From NCBI GenBank assembly GCA_024704765.1, contig JAKMXF010000303.1, forward strand, positions 412,570 through 476,569: a stretch of DNA of 64,000 nt. The letters run 5' to 3'. Under the pieces are notes generated by a model. That model did no database searches and had not been told where the DNA came from. It worked only from the letters and a program-made list of their open reading frames with translations. Below are positions 41,801 to 50,019 of this stretch, one piece after another. Position 1 is the stretch's first letter, and each line of letters begins with the position of its first letter. The stretch is from Oopsacas minuta. Taxonomy: Eukaryota; Animalia; Porifera. A program made the position numbers and the translations under genes.

Positions 41801-42757
41801 ATCGTGCTTATCACGATAGAGAGATTCGAATTCAAATGTATTCCGTAGATCCTTAACCTTGACAAAAGACAAACAGACACTGACGACGAGCAACAATTGA
41901 GATTTGATAAAATAGATTACAGTATATATGTACGTCATACTAGATAAATATACATAAAATTTGTGTTAAATAAGTGAATTCATTCCCTGTTTCTACCTAA
42001 ATCGGCACAATATTCCCACAAAAATTGAATATACACCGCTGTATGAGTAACACAATGTTAAACTCTATAGACGTATTCATTATAGACATTGCACAGGTGT
42101 AAGGCTGTACAATTTTTGTCCTAAACTCAATTTACTGCATCACATATATATGAGAAACAAATCAGCCTCCATCTTGATATAATCAACGTAGTTTAAGCAC
42201 GAACATGCTAAACAGATACACACAGTTGAGTTAGGTATTTCAAATGTATATATCAATACATTTGAAATACCTAACTCAACTGTGTGCATCTATGACTATC
42301 TAATAATTTGATTTTCAAGAGGATGAATATCCTAAAGTTTTAAATCCCACTACATGCCGTCCTGACTAAACTAACACATTTAGGATGTTCCTATTAGATG
42401 GAACGGAACATCTATATTGAATTTTGTTGTATAGATGTTATCCTATAGTATTAGTATTATTTGGGAAAGGATAGATTATATCACGATTTAATGAAATAAT
42501 ATATTTATTAGAATACTCACTTGATCTCCTTCCTGGATAATAATTGGTTCTGTAGAGGCTAAGTTTATTTCACTGACTGCATGAGTATAACTAATACAGT
42601 AGATTAACACTAATGAGAATAGTAGCAGTCTGAGGTAGCCGAGACATGACGTAGATTGAAGCTTTGTAATTAGGTTGGATGGTCGTGATAAATGATTCCT
42701 GCTTCTGGAACGAGAAGTGTAAGATCTGTAAGAAGTAAGGGAGTCAGGTTGGTCCAT
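1195..42757 (-). CDS. ADGRV1: Adhesion GPCR V1 (VLGR1/GPR98)-like giant receptor, N-terminal ~3450 aa; 3' end probably beyond the window start
   Basis: Exons with GT-AG ends, in transcript order: 42757-42521, 40840-~40612, 34639-34306, 33450-33186, 26218-25926, 22831-22397, 22282-22010, 20803-20231, 19930-19529, 19160-17637, 17164-16927, 16849-16574, 16252-16008, 15777-15169, 14678-14331, 14251-13921, 13717-13419, 13297-13061, 12927-12517, 4606-4198, 3883-1917, 1625-1195. Phases match at all junctions except exon 2/3, which is unresolved. The product has a signal-like [17 protein letters not shown], many Calx-beta motifs (DDxIPExxExFxVxL...NDxPxG), a LamG/pentraxin segment (FTLSAFIK...WSHIAVVH...LQDVRVY) in exon 10, and EAR/EPTP-like repeats in the last two exons. 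The start codon is uncertain (in-frame ATGs at 42802 and 42874). Confidence 0.9.
5588..7388 (+). CDS. DRG2: Developmentally regulated GTP-binding protein 2 (3 exons, 365 aa), nested antisense in an ADGRV1 intron
   Basis: Exons 5588-5904, 6257-6590, 6942-7388 have compatible phases. The N-terminus [38 protein letters not shown] is typical of DRG2. P-loop [20 protein letters not shown] and a C-terminal TGS domain are present. Confidence 0.96.
7577..7691. mobile_element. MITE (Tc1/mariner-pogo-like), 115 bp
   Basis: 17-bp TIRs CAGTAGACTCCGCTTAA / TTAAACGGAGTCTACTG (16/17 match), with TA on the right flank. Relatives lie at 14933 and 58151. Confidence 0.7.
7738..8283. repeat. Dispersed repeat element with an internal ~100-bp tandem duplication and TTTG/TCTG microsatellite
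   Basis: Two diverged copies at ~7951-8050 and ~8083-8177. The motif TCTCAATTGTTGTTTG occurs at ~7740 and ~8191, with variants near 11815, 41895 and 59472. The element class is not determined. Confidence 0.45.
8476..10253 (+). CDS. PM20D2: Peptidase M20 domain-containing protein 2-like, copy A (3 exons, 405 aa)
   Basis: Exons 8476-8896, 9075-9481, 9864-10253 are in phase. Motifs CEYDALP[11 protein letters not shown], [39 protein letters not shown] and HT-x-GF are present. Confidence 0.92.
10574..12447 (+). CDS. PM20D2: Peptidase M20 domain-containing protein 2-like, copy B (3 exons, 405 aa)
   Basis: Exons 10574-10994, 11304-11710, 12058-12447 have the same lengths and motifs as copy A, with [11 protein letters not shown] in place of [11 protein letters not shown]. 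Confidence 0.92.
14933..15062. mobile_element. Degenerate MITE of the same family as 7577-7691
   Basis: Starts TAGTAGACTCCGCTTAAT after a TA, shares GGGTCAAA(A)TAGCCTGGT, and ends GACTG-TA. Confidence 0.55.
28154..28200 (+). promoter_or_regulatory. Putative Pol II promoter: inverted CCAAT, CRE palindrome and TATA box upstream of the bHLH ORF
   Basis: ATTGG at 28154-28158, TGACGTCA at 28160-28167 and TATAAA at 28195-28200, about 60 bp upstream of the ATG at 28260. Confidence 0.45.
28260..28535 (+). CDS. Small divergent bHLH protein (91 aa, intronless), nested antisense in an ADGRV1 intron
   Basis: [22 protein letters not shown][21 protein letters not shown] fits helix 1 (AF/Y-x-x-LR) and helix 2 (LS-x-x-EIL-x-x-A-x-x-x-I-x-x-L) of the bHLH fold. 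Confidence 0.65.
   Translation: MELQERTKVNIRLGKLNLKQNPARIRIRTKRRLLRDAYQSLREALDISQDAHHLSNTEILYLAMDRIKLLNLCLQISYQNSNHMLENFGSG
31249..31570. mobile_element. MITE (pogo/Tigger-like ends)
   Basis: Left end TA|CAGTAGAG. A perfect 16-bp inverted pair, CCCTCGATTATCCGAA (31261-31276) / TTCGGATAATCGAGGG (31544-31559), brackets the element. Confidence 0.6.
31802..31921. repeat. Minisatellite, 5 exact copies of a 24-bp unit
   Basis: Unit AAGAATAGTATATTCTTCAGGATT, repeated head to tail with no spacers. Confidence 0.95.
35775..35832. repeat. (CAGA)n microsatellite, ~14.5 units
   Basis: Read directly from the sequence. Confidence 0.95.
35930..37006 (-). CDS. WDR31: WD repeat-containing protein 31-like (358 aa, intronless), nested on the same strand in an ADGRV1 intron
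   Basis: WD40 repeats. [29 protein letters not shown]...[33 protein letters not shown] closely follows the WDR31 pattern as I recall it. The N-terminal MGQNAS fits MGxxxS. Confidence 0.85.
   Translation of the reverse strand: MGQNASSKFPSNQDDPFLNPDKETTSSPVELDPTPKPKSVSMLDYSGPYFSSIFVQNSDSLVLGGTDGNLFYYSQNPPNVCRLNGHTNDITSLAFDSSLSLVASGSRDEYICLWDVSKIAEDKTKHRSYPINNLHGHELTVTALAIDQSQLFSGSRDNTVCLWDLNTGSCLNRCSIPRNLVTCVKWIPGERCVLQSSEDKHLRVWDTRTMDVVQNLLHPQCLLTACDVSQDGRSFYTSSRGPVENSATATRWDRYTGAVLREYPHLSDNLNTCHLCNELNCLITASNGGSLYFWDVEKGVLLFEKKYYSGPIYSIHRMPGHSDVLCSTHNRGIQIFSFNKSTLGPLQPTSFLIKASIQ
37990..38074. mobile_element. Short degenerate MITE
   Basis: Left end TA|CAGTCAACTTTTCTATAAC; right end GTTGTAGAGAGGTTGACCG; 15/19 inverted match. 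Confidence 0.5.
42214..42291. repeat. Near-perfect 36-bp inverted repeat (hairpin) in ADGRV1 intron 1
   Basis: Arms 42214-42249 and 42256-42291 are complementary at 35/36 positions; 6-nt loop. Confidence 0.95.
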
Positions 42758-44064
42758 TTGAGAAGACTCGTGAGATATGCCTTTTGATAAAGTAATAGTC
42801 ATTGTTGTGAATATATTCAATATCACAACAGTATAGAAGTAATGAGAATGTCCACCCCAGACAGGATATACCAAGGTGCTGAAGGGGTAATAATAGAACA
42901 GATATTTCTAAGAGCAAATAATATGTGTCATAAAGAATGATGATACAAATAAACAACATATAGTATTATGAAGGGGCTGTTCAACCGTTACGTAAGGCTA
43001 CTAAGGGGAGAGGACAGGGCTCTCAAAAGTGGTATCTGAGGCAGTACAATCTATAAATAATTCGTCCTGATAAGGTGATAAACTACCTCATTTGTACATA
43101 TATAATATTGAATGATCTTCAACTTGAGTGTGACAGCCTAATTAATTAGTGCAACTGGTATGGTGCTATAGCTATTATTATGTCAGCTGATTTAAAATAT
43201 GAATGACAGTAGCAAGGTAGAGATCTCTTACTATTGTAATAATGAATTAATGCTAAACAGTAATATTCTTATATATCCAGATGTATTTGCATATTTTGTT
43301 TGATTTCTGTCACTATTATAATGAATTTAAACTGAAGTAGCAATTTTAATGTTTGTAGCATATAAGTGCGTAACTTTGATTATGTAAAGTAGAAGTGGGT
43401 AAAGAAACAAAGATTTCCATATTGATTAATTCCTTGAAGCAGACATGTACGAAAAGGCCACCTACTGAGTAATATATGTTCTATAATTGTTGGTAACAAT
43501 GAAAGGAAAGGTTTATACCATGGATAAGATAAGTAGAGTTATAGTAGAGTGATATAAACAGTTGCTGAAGGAAATAATTATATGGCAGAGGCTAGCTGTA
43601 TATAACAATAAACGTAAAATTGTTTCAGGAAAGAGCAATCTAATTATACAATAACTATGGTTACGTTACACCTGCTGCTACTGTGGTGCATATGTTGTTA
43701 AGAGGCTTTACTGACATGTTCCTAGGTCACGGGATGTGATCTAGGCTTCTAGGGGCATGTCAGTAATGATCTCAGCTTTTGATTTGTATTAAGTTGTATG
43801 AAAGTATTGGCAAGTTCAATTATAATTTATTAATTGTAAAAGCGGGGCAAATCTTAACATAAATTCCACATTACTGATTATAACCCACATACTTAGATAA
43901 ATTGTCTATTGCCATGTGTGTGTGCAGAGTGAAAATGATATATAAATAATTGGGATATTTCTCGAATTCTGAGCTGGAGACTGACATTTTGTTCCAGACT
44001 AATGTTGAATCAGGATTGAGGCATTCATCTAGTTATTGGAGCGGTAATCTACTATGGATTAATG

Positions 44065-44445
44065 CAGTGTTTCCCAACCTTTTTTTATTAGCGCCACACT
44101 CTTTTCATCCCTAATTATTCTCAAGGGTGAATTCAACTTTAATTCAACCGCCATAGGACGTGAACTTCAAGGGTACCGGTGGTGCCTGGCACCCCCACGA
44201 TCATCTCCAAGTTTACGTCCCTATCAATTGCAGTGTCAAAATTAACATAGTTATGCCATTGATGTAATATTCGTCTTTAGTTCTAGTCCTTCTTGACACT
44301 TAGCAATTCATCTCTAGAGGTACAGAAAATAAGCCTCTGAAAGCATTAGAAACAGATTAGTTTATGCAAGTGAAATTTCGTTGGCACAGCAAACAATGTT
44401 CTGAGGCACACAAGTGTGCTGCGTCACACCGGTTGAGAACCATTG
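44065..44445. mobile_element. hAT-type non-autonomous element
   Basis: Ends CAGTGTTTCCCAACC / GGTTGAGAACCATTG. The 8-bp flanks GATTAATG / GATTAACG (7/8) are consistent with an hAT TSD. A similar left end, CAGTGGTTCTCAAC, occurs at 911. Confidence 0.65.
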
Positions 44446-44654
44446 GATTAACGGAATGGCTTGGAGCGAAATGTCGGACGTTCGTTCTGGGCAAAAAATC
44501 TATAAAATCTATCTAACATGTATTGTATCACTCTCAAAATGGTCTCGGTCCACCGTCCCCTTACAGGCAGAGTAGTTTAGTTTAATTATAATACAATACC
44601 ATATAATGAACAACAATTATAATTATTATTTACACAATTGGTAAGTCATCTCAG

Positions 44655-45257
44655 TTAAACTGTCTCTAGAATGTGAACCATATCTCTAATCTGCTTAGCA
44701 AAGTTGTGGAACTCAGGTAGCGACAGAGAGAACGAGTGTGTGGTTACCTGTCCGTCTGGGTTTGAAACCTTAAGTCTTACATCAACTCTAGCACTAGTCA
44801 GGTTCTTACAGCTGCTGCTACTAATAGCAACAGATAGCTTCCAATCAAAAGCAACAAGTTTACCAATACTCAGATCTGTAGGAGTTTGTAAACTTTCAAT
44901 AAGTGTACTGCCCTCACTCTCCCAGACCTCCTGGAACACCTGCAACTTATCTTGACTCAGGAGTAGCACTTGTTTCAGATCACTCACTAAATGAGCAGAG
45001 GTAGCTTTAACTTTCGCTCCACACTCAAATATAAACTGAATACTATCCATTACAGCTGATATTGTTTGTCCTACTGGTTCCACATAGTAGAAACACATTT
45101 CTTGATAGTATTCAGTATTCAGGAAGGTAGCAGAATGAGTTATCCAAGCTATTACATCTTGACACATCTCTAACAACAGACCTGAAGGAATGGCATTTAT
45201 AGCCTCTCCCGTTTCAACTAGTCCACGAGGGATATCTTTCAATACTTTGAGTGGCAT
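44655..45257 (-). CDS. COMMD6: COMM domain-containing protein, COMMD6-like C-terminus with a full N-terminal helical domain (200 aa, intronless)
   Basis: LVAFDWKLSVAISSSSCKNL...LKVSNPDGQVTTHSFSLSLPEFHNFAKQIRDMVHILETV matches the COMMD6 COMM domain, including the terminal ETV. Confidence 0.8.
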   Translation of the reverse strand: MPLKVLKDIPRGLVETGEAINAIPSGLLLEMCQDVIAWITHSATFLNTEYYQEMCFYYVEPVGQTISAVMDSIQFIFECGAKVKATSAHLVSDLKQVLLLSQDKLQVFQEVWESEGSTLIESLQTPTDLSIGKLVAFDWKLSVAISSSSCKNLTSARVDVRLKVSNPDGQVTTHSFSLSLPEFHNFAKQIRDMVHILETV

Positions 45258-45689
45258 ATTTATCGAATATATCCTGTTATCTAATTCACTAGATTAATTA
45301 GAGATTAAGATAAGTTATATAGCGTATGTATCAACGGATGTGATAAATAAGAATATATTTGGAGAAGTTCATACAAAAATATCAAAATATAATTAATACC
45401 AAATAAAGTGCCTCTACTATCTGTATCATAAGTTTGAGCTATTTTTAAGCTGATTATAAAAAATTGCATTTTCTGTGTTGAATTCTCAAAAATTGAAGAT
45501 AGCCCCAAAAGTCAAAACTCACAATCCTAGTCACTTACTCATTACTCATAAGTCATAACTTGCTTGAATGATTGTTATCAACAAATACAAATTCAACCAT
45601 TTTGAGGCAAATAATGAGAACATCAGAAATTTCAATGTAAATATCATTTGGCACTCAGCCATTAGTGTATTTTAGGAGCATAAATGTAA

Positions 45690-46110
45690 ATCCGCATGCG
45701 GAATCTAAGAGATATTAAATAAATATATCCGCATGCGGAATCTAAGAGATATTAAATAAGTATATCCGCATGCGGAATCTAAGAGATATTAAATAAGTAT
45801 ATCCGCATGCGGAGTCTAAGAGATATTAAATAAGTATATCCGCATGCGGAATCTAAGAGATATTAAATAAGTATATCCGCATGCGGAGTCTAAGAGATAT
45901 TAAATAAGTATATCCGCATGCGGAATCTAAGAGATATTAAATAAGTATATCCGCATGCGGAGTCTAAGAGATATTAAATAAGTATATCCGCATGCGGAAT
46001 CTAAGAGATATTAAATAAGTATATCCGCATGCGGAATCTAAGAGATATTAAATAAGTATATCCGCATGCGGAGTCTAAGAGATATTAAATAAGTATATCC
46101 GCATGCGGAA
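45690..46110. repeat. Minisatellite, 11 full units plus 1 partial unit of 37 bp, each carrying the 12-bp palindrome TCCGCATGCGGA
   Basis: Unit ATCCGCATGCGGA(A/G)TCTAAGAGATATTAAATAAGTAT starts at 45690, 45727, 45764 ... 46097. There are no spacers. Confidence 0.95.
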
Positions 46111-46332
46111 CTTTCGAAAATTTAACCCTTTCCAATATAAAAAATTTTGTAAATCAAGACCAACTCCCCTCCCAATGGAATAGGTTTTGTGGAACTTGAA
46201 ACGTTTAATTATACAATTTTAATTACGCTTAAGCAATCAATATTAAAGTGGTATTTGACTTGTTTAGTTTAATCTTGATTCTACATAGAAGATATAAATA
46301 AGTGAATTTATCGAATAAATATAAGTATAAAT

Positions 46333-47805
46333 CTATAGAATTTCATCAGTACGAGAATACTTTACGAGAAGTTCGTAATTCTTCTCAACTAACTGAACCG
46401 CTTCTTCTACAGTATCAAAGTATTCAACATATTTCAGCTGGCGTCGATCGGAAGAACCCTTCATTAGCTCCCAAGAGGTCTCTAGCACAACCTGCCAAGG
46501 ATCCCTACACGCGATTATAGCTCTAGGAAATCCTGGGACAGAATATAGAGCATCTACTGTTGTCATCCCCAATCCTACTAAGAGCTCTGCGAGAGTACCC
46601 ACTCCACCTGGCATTGCTATTAAGATGGATGAATCCTCCACCAATTTATCCGTCCTTTGGTTGAGACCATGAGTTATATACCTCTTTGACATACTCTTGT
46701 TTCCTTTAATATTTCGGAAGAATAGAGTTGGTGATAGTATTCCTTCTGACATGTACTCGCCACTGCATTTCTTTTCTCCTATAATTGCGCCAGAATTAGC
46801 AGCTTCCATTATCCCAACATAGGCTCCTGTTATTACTTTAAATCCCTTAGAAGCAATTGACAATGCTATCTCGTGAGCTATCTTATAAGCATGTACATCC
46901 GGTTTGGTGTCTCTACCCCCGAATATAGCTACTCGTTTAGGAGGAGTCCTTACAGCATATCTCATGTCTGTTAGACGTAGTATATCCAGAAAGCGACTCT
47001 CCTCATATACACTGAGAGATCCTATCTTGTAAGCATTGTGTATGAGCTGACTAGCTTCATTGAGATTTATAGATAATGTTCTCATAATGTCTGAGAGAGG
47101 TTCTGTGTCAGTAGATTCTCTGCTCAAGCAGAAACAGATCCCTCTTCCAAAGAGCAAATGTAATATATTACTAACTACTTCTAACTCATTCTGTTTGACT
47201 GATAATGTGAGTTTGTAATGAGATGGAAGTTCATTGAAAATGTCTTCCAATTCCGCCTGACTAACTGTAGATAAATCTTGTAATAAGATTCTGTTAGTTG
47301 GGAGAATAGGAAAATCATTTGTAGACAGTTTTACCAACTGTTCAGCTCTAATCACTATACATGATATTTGAGCACCACTTCCTTGTAACTCCTCAATAAT
47401 TTCATTGGAATGTTGTATAGTTTCAAAATCTACACAAAACCCTGCGAATAGGTCACGCCAGAGCTTAGAGATAGACAAGTTTAATTTCAAATTGAGTGAA
47501 TTTGGGTATTTACAAACGAATCTACATCCTGTAGTGAGTGAGCTCATTTTCTGAGAACATATTTGACGTATTTTGCTAAACGTTCTATCCAACTCCCCTT
47601 CTGACGTCAGGAGACTAAGATCTTTGAGTAGGAATTCAGTATACAATAGTTTGTGATAAGGACATTCTTCTAGGTATTCTTGTAACCAAGTTGAGAATGC
47701 TTTGTCACTCTGGACGAATGCGGGTGAGATGTATAACTCTAATTTTGGAGCAGTCCACAGATAGAAGTTTACTCTATCTTCTATCTTAATGGGTTTGATA
47801 GCCAT
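46333..47805 (-). CDS. Two-domain protein (490 aa, intronless): degenerate adenosine-deaminase-like barrel plus LOG/SLOG nucleotide phosphoribohydrolase domain
   Basis: The C-terminal aa ~289-480 has the LOG hallmarks VAIFGG, VITGAYVGIMEAANSGA, LNQR and PGGVGTLAE. The N-terminal aa ~12-280 aligns by eye with ADA/cog1816 landmarks: PKLELYIS, LEVVSN, GICFCLSRES, NAYKIGSLSVYEESRFLDIL. Confidence 0.8.
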   Translation of the reverse strand: MAIKPIKIEDRVNFYLWTAPKLELYISPAFVQSDKAFSTWLQEYLEECPYHKLLYTEFLLKDLSLLTSEGELDRTFSKIRQICSQKMSSLTTGCRFVCKYPNSLNLKLNLSISKLWRDLFAGFCVDFETIQHSNEIIEELQGSGAQISCIVIRAEQLVKLSTNDFPILPTNRILLQDLSTVSQAELEDIFNELPSHYKLTLSVKQNELEVVSNILHLLFGRGICFCLSRESTDTEPLSDIMRTLSINLNEASQLIHNAYKIGSLSVYEESRFLDILRLTDMRYAVRTPPKRVAIFGGRDTKPDVHAYKIAHEIALSIASKGFKVITGAYVGIMEAANSGAIIGEKKCSGEYMSEGILSPTLFFRNIKGNKSMSKRYITHGLNQRTDKLVEDSSILIAMPGGVGTLAELLVGLGMTTVDALYSVPGFPRAIIACRDPWQVVLETSWELMKGSSDRRQLKYVEYFDTVEEAVQLVEKNYELLVKYSRTDEIL

Positions 47806-48534
47806 TTGTTGAATACGAAACTTGGTTAATTTCGTAGAGCTAATGTATGATTGTTAGTTACAAACTTACAATACGCAAAATACATGTAGCTGAAGTTATG
47901 CTGTAATTCGTATTAGAACTATACAATGCTGTCAGCGAGTGGGATGTAGTGGTGTGTTAGGCTAACCGGAGTAGGTATTAACCAGAGAATTGAAAAACCA
48001 TTGTAACCTGATTTTGCGTAAATATTTGTGCAAATAATGCTATTCTGTCAGTACAGATTCTATATTTTTAGTGTAGCTCCTATGGGGAGATGCCCTAATT
48101 AGTATCATGGACGGTGTACGAGTACTATCTCTGTCCGCTTCGCCGTGGCGAAATCTAGTAGTCCGATATCTATTGATTTTTTCACACCTTTTGGTGATTA
48201 ATCATATTTTCACACATTTCTATGCATAATTTAAAAGCATGCTGGAGATTATGTTTCAACTTGTCAGGGGTAATTATTCAGTGCGTAAAGTTCAACTTTG
48301 AATTTTCAAAGCCTAAAAAAATACATGAAAATGCGATATCTAGGAATTACGAAATTCGATTTCAAAATAGCAGACAAAATCCTTTGGTTGACAACGAACA
48401 TACTGACAGACAAAGATTATAATTTAATAATATAGATATACGTATAGGAGCTAAGATATTCAACCTGACTGTACAGTATGTATTTCCTGGAAGTTGACAC
48501 TTGTACCATACGATACGTAACTGGGCAATTTCTG

Positions 48535-49333
48535 GAAAAGAAGTGAATGTGCATAAATTCTCTTTCATGAAGATCTGTATCTCTACTCTCGATCCATGGT
48601 CCCAATAAGTACACTGTACTTTTTGTAGAGGACACTCATCAGTTAAATGGAAAGGGACATCTCTCCACTTCACCTGTTTGGTCCCTTCCTCTCTTTCTAG
48701 CACATATACATTCGGACAAGGAACTGGATACTCACAGTCCTCCAAATGATGATTCATCTCACATGCCTTCACTTTTTCGAGACAGAATTCACAGATCAGT
48801 TCTCTCAAGGAACACGAGTCTCTAATCAGTCTCTAATCAGTCTCTTCTCCAGGTTCATAACTTTCCCTTTCCCCTCTCCTTCTAGACAGACACACCCCAG
48901 AGGACACGGTACAGGAAAGAACTCACATTCCTCCAAGTGGTGTAGTGTTGTACTGACTGTGTCTCTCCATTCACATGCTCTGCTCTTTAGGGGGGACTTA
49001 ATCTATAAAATAACTCAATTGTAAATACAAACAAACATTTGTAACTAACAACTAATAATCTACTATTTTATTGTTGACAATTACACGATTCATTTTTACA
49101 GGTTGCCATGGTATACCCTCAGGAATGTAGACGCCACATCTCAATTCTCCTTGATAGAGACAAGCTTCCCTCAGTAATCCTTTACAGCAGTTAAGTAGTA
49201 ATAATTGTTCTTCCACTTTACTGGATAAGTTTTCTACCAACAATTCTACCCTCCAGCCTCTATAGCTACCATTCTCTGTCTTTACGTAGACCAACTCCTC
49301 TCTTCCTTCTGAGTCATCTAACATATCTGCCAT
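48535..49333 (-). pseudogene. TRAF-type zinc-finger gene fragment, disabled
   Basis: Exon 49333-49064, 61-bp intron, then an exon from 49002 with TRAF-ZF-like Cys/His motifs (HHLEECEFFPVPCPLGC, HHLEDCEYPVPCPN, HLTDECPLQKVQC). An 11-bp duplication at 48818-48839 shifts the frame into a TGA, and there is a second frameshift near 48590. Confidence 0.7.
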
Positions 49334-49400
49334 TCTACAATCTATAATGTATTATTTGCTATGACAAAAGACAATTTCTAAGTAGTTACACAAACAAATA

Positions 49401-49721
49401 CAGTCAACATCCGCTATCTCGAATGCCGGTTATCCCGAACTCTTTTCTTAGGATAGACTTATAAGTTGCAATAGAGTACAATAGTGTTCAGTTGAATATT
49501 TGTAATTTATAGTATAATTTGAAAGATAATATAGTAATATGCAATTTAGTACATGGTTAATTAGAGGCATGTCATTTCATAGCTCATCCAGGGATAAAGA
49601 AGGTAGGCAGCCCTAAATGATCCAGAACCACTGCATTAAATGGAAGCCATCCGTTAACTTGAACATCGCCATCCCGAACAGATTTTGATTTCCCCTCAGG
49701 GTTTGTTGACTCACTTGACTG
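49401..49721. mobile_element. MITE flanked by TA
   Basis: TA|CAGTCAACATCCG ... TTGACTG|TA; related to 63336-63494. Confidence 0.55.
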
Positions 49722-50019
49722 TAAATAAATCACATACGTAGTTCACATTTTCTTAGTAATAATAATTTTCTGTTCTTCCCAAACTTCCCTCCCTGTTATG
49801 CTGGTTACGTTGTTAAATTTCTCAAAAAATCTGAACAAAACTAAACAAGTTGAATTACTAAAAAAATTGATTTTTTGAATATATAAGTTATCGAGTACTT
49901 CTTGCTTATTAATCAATAAAAACATAACAAGTGTACTTGATAATAAATATGAACAATTCTGTTTAGCTATACATGCGTCAATAGAGAGAGTCAGCAAGTG
50001 ATTCAACTGGCATATGCGA

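Noticed and set aside
45690-46110. CRISPR-like appearance (37-bp palindromic repeat)
   Set aside because: The units are head to tail with no unique spacers, no cas genes are nearby, and the context is eukaryotic.
46333-47805. Bacterial contamination as the source of the LOG gene
   Set aside because: It is contiguous with eukaryote-specific COMMD6 and a spliced TRAF remnant, and its composition resembles the host genes. A chimeric assembly still needs a long-read check.
48139-48159. TTCGCC-GT-GGCGAA followed by CTAG|T as a Helitron 3' end
   Set aside because: The hairpin is only 2 nt from CTAG instead of the usual ~10, and no 5' TC end was identified.
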